This document shows, piece by piece, positions 35,912 to 40,597 of a DNA stretch of 40,597 nucleotides. The notes under the pieces were generated by a model. It did not search any database. It saw only the letters and a list, made by a program, of their open reading frames with translations, and was not told the DNA's origin. How positions within the stretch are numbered: position 1 is the stretch's first letter; the number at the start of each line of letters is the position of its first letter. Source of the stretch: Nemertoderma westbladi (Eukaryota > Animalia > Xenacoelomorpha). A program made the position numbers and the translations under genes. The stretch is taken from positions 1 through 40,597 of the forward strand of contig JAUCBJ010007973.1 of the NCBI GenBank assembly GCA_032718475.1. The letters run 5' to 3'.

Positions 35912-37270
35912 TAGTGTTGAGAACTGTAACTGTAATTATACTGTAACTGCAACTGTAACTGAATGGTTTTGATTATTTTTTTGATACTGTAACTATAACT
36001 GTAACTGTAATTGCGAACTTTGAATACTGTAACTGTAACTGAAACTGTAATTACGAATTTTGAATACTGTAACTGTAACTGAAACTGAAATTAACAAAAT
36101 CCGATTCAGTTCTCAATCACACAATTAACATGAATAAGCATTTAAAACAGCATTGTAATAACGTATAGAGTATAGTTTAATAAATGAATAACAGTGGTTA
36201 CCATAGGTATCATTTTTAAAACATTGTTATAAAAAAAAACCAAAACAATCTCGTTTTTTCCACTTCTGAACAAAACCATAATATTACACAATATAAAATC
36301 AAAGACCCATTGCCCACTTAGCTCAAATGTGATTTATTTGGCGAATCAAGTAGTGGACGAAGATCTACAGTAGCATATAGTCTATGTTTATCTGTCTCAA
36401 CTATTAGACTATTATCAGACCTTATCACCACTTTTGCTTCATATTAAATGTAAATGTTTTAGATAAACAAAGAAAAGTTAGGCCTAATGGTAGAGGGATA
36501 TTAACGGATATATATTTTACATTATTAATTATTAATGTTTTTACCGGTACTATTAATATCACAATCACACTAGAGGCACACTGGAAATTAAATTTTGATC
36601 AAGTTTACCATTATAAATTACAAAATTAAACTTAAAAGTGAAAAGAGCAGCTTATCGAGGTGGGTCTAACCAAAACAATAAATATATGATTACTAAAACA
36701 AATTACGAATTAAGGAAAATGAGCAGGATTCAGAAGCATGGCTTTATAACCAAAACAATAAATGATAACAATAAGTGTACAAGCACTGAAACAAGATGTA
36801 CAGTAAAATGTGGGTGCCTTTAGTGTGATCTTGTGACGTGCCACTTTCATTACATACTATCAGTATATTAGTTACAAAGTATTACCATAGAGTGGGTCCA
36901 ACTTTCCTACAACAACTACCTATTAGCTCTACAAAGAGGACGTTTCGTAATGAACATTATTATTAGCGTATATAACAGTAATATATTAAAGTGCCTCATT
37001 TTTAGTTTCAGATGACTGCTTACTACATGAGATCATATATATTGAATCTATAACTGAAACTGTAACTGAAACTGAAATGCTCAATTTTGTAATACTGAAA
37101 CTGTAACTGTAACTGAAATGTTACACTTTGTAATACTGAAACTGTAACTGTAACTGAAATACAAAACTTTGAATACTGAAACTGTAACTGTAACTGAAAT
37201 GCAAAACTTTGAATACTGAAACTGTAACTGTAACTGAAATTAGTCAAAATTGATTCAGTTCTCAACACTA
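35912..37270. mobile_element. hAT-type non-autonomous DNA transposon (1359 bp)
   Basis: 15-bp perfect TIR tagtgttgagaactg / cagttctcaacacta; perfect 8-bp TSD ttgactag (35904-35911 and 37271-37278); subterminal (aactgt/aactga)n arrays. Confidence 0.92.
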
Positions 37271-37350
37271 TTGACTAGTATTTCAAACTTCACTATATAT
37301 TATTATTAGTGAAGTCTCCTCCGCTCATTGGAGCAGGTTCGTCTAGTGTT

Positions 37351-37930
37351 GGTCTTTTTGTAAATTCCAAGAAGACCAAAATCATGACATAATCAACCTT
37401 TATAGCGCGCAAGAAATGTCCGATCTTAAGGGCATACGCTCTAAGGACGGCTTGCTTGAGCACGTGGATGACTTCTGCTACTTGGGATCATGGATCAGAA
37501 AGTCAGAAAGACCTTCGGATAAGTAAGGGGAAGGCATGGGTAGCGTTAAATAGTCTGTCCTGGATTTGGAAGACCCCGAATAAAACGTAACCTAAGGATC
37601 GATTATTTATGGCTGTAGTAGTACCAGTACTCTACGGGAGTCCATGCTGGGCTCTAACTGCTGAGGACACCAAATCTCTGGATGGCACTTTCACAAGAAT
37701 GCTACGTCGGGTTCATTGTGTCTATAGTACAATGCACACATCTCCAACCAGACTCTATACATCATAGGAGGTGTTCCATTAGTCTCCCATAGCTTGTCAC
37801 TTGAACGGAACCACCTCCGCTTTGCTTTCGCCGTGATGACCAGCCAGTGCATAATCTTGTACATTGGCAGCCTCATGGAGTGAATAAGCATGGTGGACAG
37901 CCCATGAATTTCTTGAGACGCATCTTAAAG
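37351..37930 (+). pseudogene. Frameshifted 3' reverse-transcriptase fragment of an RTE-like LINE
   Basis: Segments translate to GLFVNSKKTKIM, LEHVDDFCYLGSWI, KGKAWVALNSLSWIWK and VPVLYGSPCWALT...LDGTFTRMLRRV, separated by stops and frameshifts. Confidence 0.8.
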
Positions 37931-38034
37931 GACATTTTGTCGACATGCCGGCACAGCATTCTTAATATATATGTAATATATATAATGCAGATACAATGCA
38001 GAATGCCGATCGTAGTAGTATAAAATATTATTAC

Positions 38035-38144
38035 CTTGCAACATCCAGAATTTCCTGCAACTGCTTAGGCCTCTTGAGTTTTAAACGGCCATCTTTAAAC
38101 CCGCCGTATTTCTCAAATATTTGAAACCAACGTGGGTGCTTAAC
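38035..38144 (-). CDS. PPIP5K: PPIP5K exon: [36 protein letters not shown](R)
   Basis: ttttag acceptor, AAG|gtaata donor, 110 nt, phase 0->2; KLKxPKQLQEVLD-like motif. Confidence 0.95.
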
Positions 38145-38219
38145 CTAAAATAAAATAATATCAACTGGATATGTTACACAAAAATACACTAAGAGGCCAA
38201 TGTATGTATATTTTAATTT

Positions 38220-39484
38220 AACACAACAAAATACAACACATAACACAACACAACACACCCAAACACAACACAACACAACACACCACAACACAACACACCC
38301 AAACACAACACAACACAACACACCACAACACAACACACCCAAACACAACACACCACAACACACCCAAACACAACACAACACACCACACCACAACACACCA
38401 CACCATACCACACCACACCACACCACACCACACCACACCACACCACACCACACCACACCACACCACACCACACCACACCACACCACACCACACCACACCA
38501 CACCACACCACACCACACCACACCACAACCACACCACACCACACCACACCACACCACAACACAACACAACTCAACACAACACAACACAACACAACGCAAC
38601 ACACCCAAACACAACACAACACAATATAATACAACACAACACACCACACCAAACCACAACACAACACACCACAACACACCCAAACACAACATACCACACC
38701 ACACCACACCACACCACACCACACCACACCATACCACACCACACCACACCACACCACACCACACCACACCACACCACACCACACCACACCACACCACAAC
38801 ACAACACAACACAACACAACACAACACAACACAACACACCAAACCAAACCAAACCAAACCAAACCACACCACACCACACCACACCACACCACACCACACC
38901 ACACCACACCACACCACACCACACCACACCACACCACACCACACCACACCACACCACACCACACCACACCACACCACACCACACCACACCACACCACACC
39001 ACACCACACCACACCACACCACACCACAACACTTCACAACACAACACAACACAACACAACACAACACAACACAATATAATACAACACAATACAATACAAC
39101 ACAACCCAACCCAACCTAACCTAACCTAACCTAACCTAACCCACCCCAACCCAACCCAACCCAACCCAACCCAACCCAACCCAACCTAACCTAACCTAAC
39201 CCAACCCAACCCAACCCAACCCAACCCAACCCAACCCAACCCAACCCACCCCAACCCAACCCAACCCAACCCAACCCAACCCAACCCAACCCAACCCAAC
39301 CCAACCCAACCCAACCCAACCCAACCCAACCCAACCCAACCCAACCCAACCCAACCCAACCCAACCCAACCCAACCCAACCCAACCCAACCCAACCCAAC
39401 CCAACCCAACCCAACCCAACCCAACCCAACCCAACCCAACCCAACCCAACACAACACAACACAACACAACACAACACAACACAC
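38220..39484. repeat. 1.26-kb compound pentanucleotide microsatellite (CACAA / CACCA / AACCA / CCTAA / CCCAA blocks)
   Basis: Directly visible; abuts the donor of exon 39485-39644. Confidence 0.98.
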
Positions 39485-39644
39485 CTCCATCTTCATCTTC
39501 TGTTTGGGTTGTCTGTCGCCGTGTCTGATCACGGCGATGACGCATCGCAACTCCATCATGGGGCCGGCCGTTGTCGGGACAACAGGAATCTCTTCCTCCA
39601 TAACGGAAAAGGACAGCGGAATCGAGAAATCCGGAGCCAAAGTC
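39485..39644 (-). CDS. PPIP5K: PPIP5K exon, start of histidine phosphatase-like domain: ...[31 protein letters not shown]
   Basis: tttag acceptor, GAG|gtgtgt donor, 160 nt, phase 2->0; RHGxRxP motif. Confidence 0.96.
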
Positions 39645-39949
39645 CTAAACGTTAAATATCAGATTAATATCCCGTGGAAATCTAATTCAAATCAAGTAAA
39701 CATTGTTTCTATTTATTAATACTTACTGAATTTTAAATTAGCGTGTTACTAAACATCGTCTTGGCCAAGCAAATTATGTCCACGTAACTTATTATCCGAA
39801 TTTTGTGAGGAATGAGTCAGAAATTTAAAAGGGCTAGCCCCCTCCCACACAGACCCACTCCCTAGTACTACAGTGTACGAATATAGCTAAAAGCTAGAGA
39901 AAGTATTACATAACATACAACAATGAAGGACCTGTATAATAATAAGTAC

Positions 39950-40086
39950 CTGAGTATAATGCTACTGAGGACCTTGGCGCAGTCATCGTAATATTTCGGA
40001 GAGTTTTTTACGAAACTAAATCCGTTCACGTCGCAGACATAAGACTTCCCGTTGGCTCGAAGCAAATCGAAACCACAAACCATTTG
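39950..40086 (-). CDS. PPIP5K: PPIP5K exon, kinase domain end: [45 protein letters not shown](R)
   Basis: catag acceptor, AG|gtactt donor, 137 nt, phase 0->2; carries the [11 protein letters not shown] motif. Confidence 0.97.
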
Positions 40087-40399
40087 CTATGATGAATAAG
40101 TTAGGAATAATAATTAGCGTCGCACCATTAGAGGAGACAGTGGAGGGTTACTAAACCACCCCCCATCAAATTTGACCCCCACCCATGGGAGTACTGTTTA
40201 CTGTTTCACTAACTGTAACTGTGTTCAGTAACTTACTGTTTTGGTTAGAATAGCCTGCAAGCTGCAACCACATCATGTTCCTTTCCCTTAATTTACAGTG
40301 AACCCTTGTTCGCCCATCAGTAATATGCGAATTTCATACAAAAATTGAAGTTGTATATAAATGCAATTAATACAAATAATTAGCTGATAACAACCCTAC

Positions 40400-40487
40400 C
40401 TGAAACGCCGTGCAAACTTTCCTGGCTATCATTTTTTCTTCCGAAGTCAGAATTACCGGGTATCGAACCTCCTTGCCTTCGTTGTCC
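40400..40487 (-). CDS. PPIP5K: PPIP5K exon, kinase (ATP-grasp) domain: (R)[29 protein letters not shown]
   Basis: ttccag acceptor, CAG|gtaggg donor, 88 nt, phase 2->0; matches the [12 protein letters not shown] motif. Confidence 0.95.
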
Positions 40488-40597
40488 CTGGAAGAATGGA
40501 TGAAGAGAAATTAAAACCATGATGAAATTATTTATTACATTATTTATTATATTTACAATTAAATATTTCTAGTGATATAATGAATACGGTTAACAAC

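Larger units (their letters stand above)
3776..40487 (-). other. PPIP5K: Span of multi-exon PPIP5K (VIP1-family inositol hexakisphosphate / diphosphoinositol-pentakisphosphate kinase) gene, 5'-partial; 3' boundary tentative
   Basis: Phase-consistent chain of GT-AG exons whose joined translation matches remembered PPIP5K1/2 motifs ([19 protein letters not shown], RHGDRx[60 protein letters not shown], [16 protein letters not shown], ELNYLTQIVIM, SAPNL, LETLHN). Exons below about 9690 are less certain. Confidence 0.93.

Noticed and set aside
39113-39200. (CCTAA)n as an interstitial TTAGG telomeric repeat
   Set aside because: Only a few units, each a single-base variant of the surrounding (CCCAA)n microsatellite.
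38145-39545. His/Thr-rich and Cys/Val/Trp-rich ORFs
   Set aside because: Pentanucleotide microsatellite translations; only 39485-39644 is exon.

Overview
AT-rich, intron-rich animal genomic DNA, probably from a marine invertebrate (an inference from composition and repeat types). Almost the whole window is the 3' part of one minus-strand gene, the bifunctional inositol-pyrophosphate kinase/phosphatase PPIP5K (VIP1/Asp1 family). Its 5' end lies beyond the right edge. Sixteen GT-AG exons from 40487 down to about 9690 join in frame. They cover the end of the ATP-grasp kinase domain, the whole histidine-phosphatase-like domain (RHGDRQP) and a greatly expanded disordered tail with the conserved SAPNL and LETLHN motifs. 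Several less certain downstream exons follow, including a 422-codon candidate last exon at 3776-5044. The introns are packed with repeats: two hAT-type elements with 8-bp TSDs, a piggyBac-like element, an RTE-like LINE remnant, several mini- and microsatellites, and a 4-kb CACTG/EnSpm-like element carrying a LINE 5' fragment with a 2A-like DIETNPG motif. A 1.9-kb nested palindromic foldback element lies just past the candidate stop codon. The most unusual observation is that three introns begin exactly at the splice donor with a tandem array. In two of them the repeat unit is itself a miniature GT...AG intron plus micro-exon, one reiterated about 250 times. Most long ORFs in the supplied track are translations of these repeats, not genes. 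All calls were made by eye, without alignment tools.
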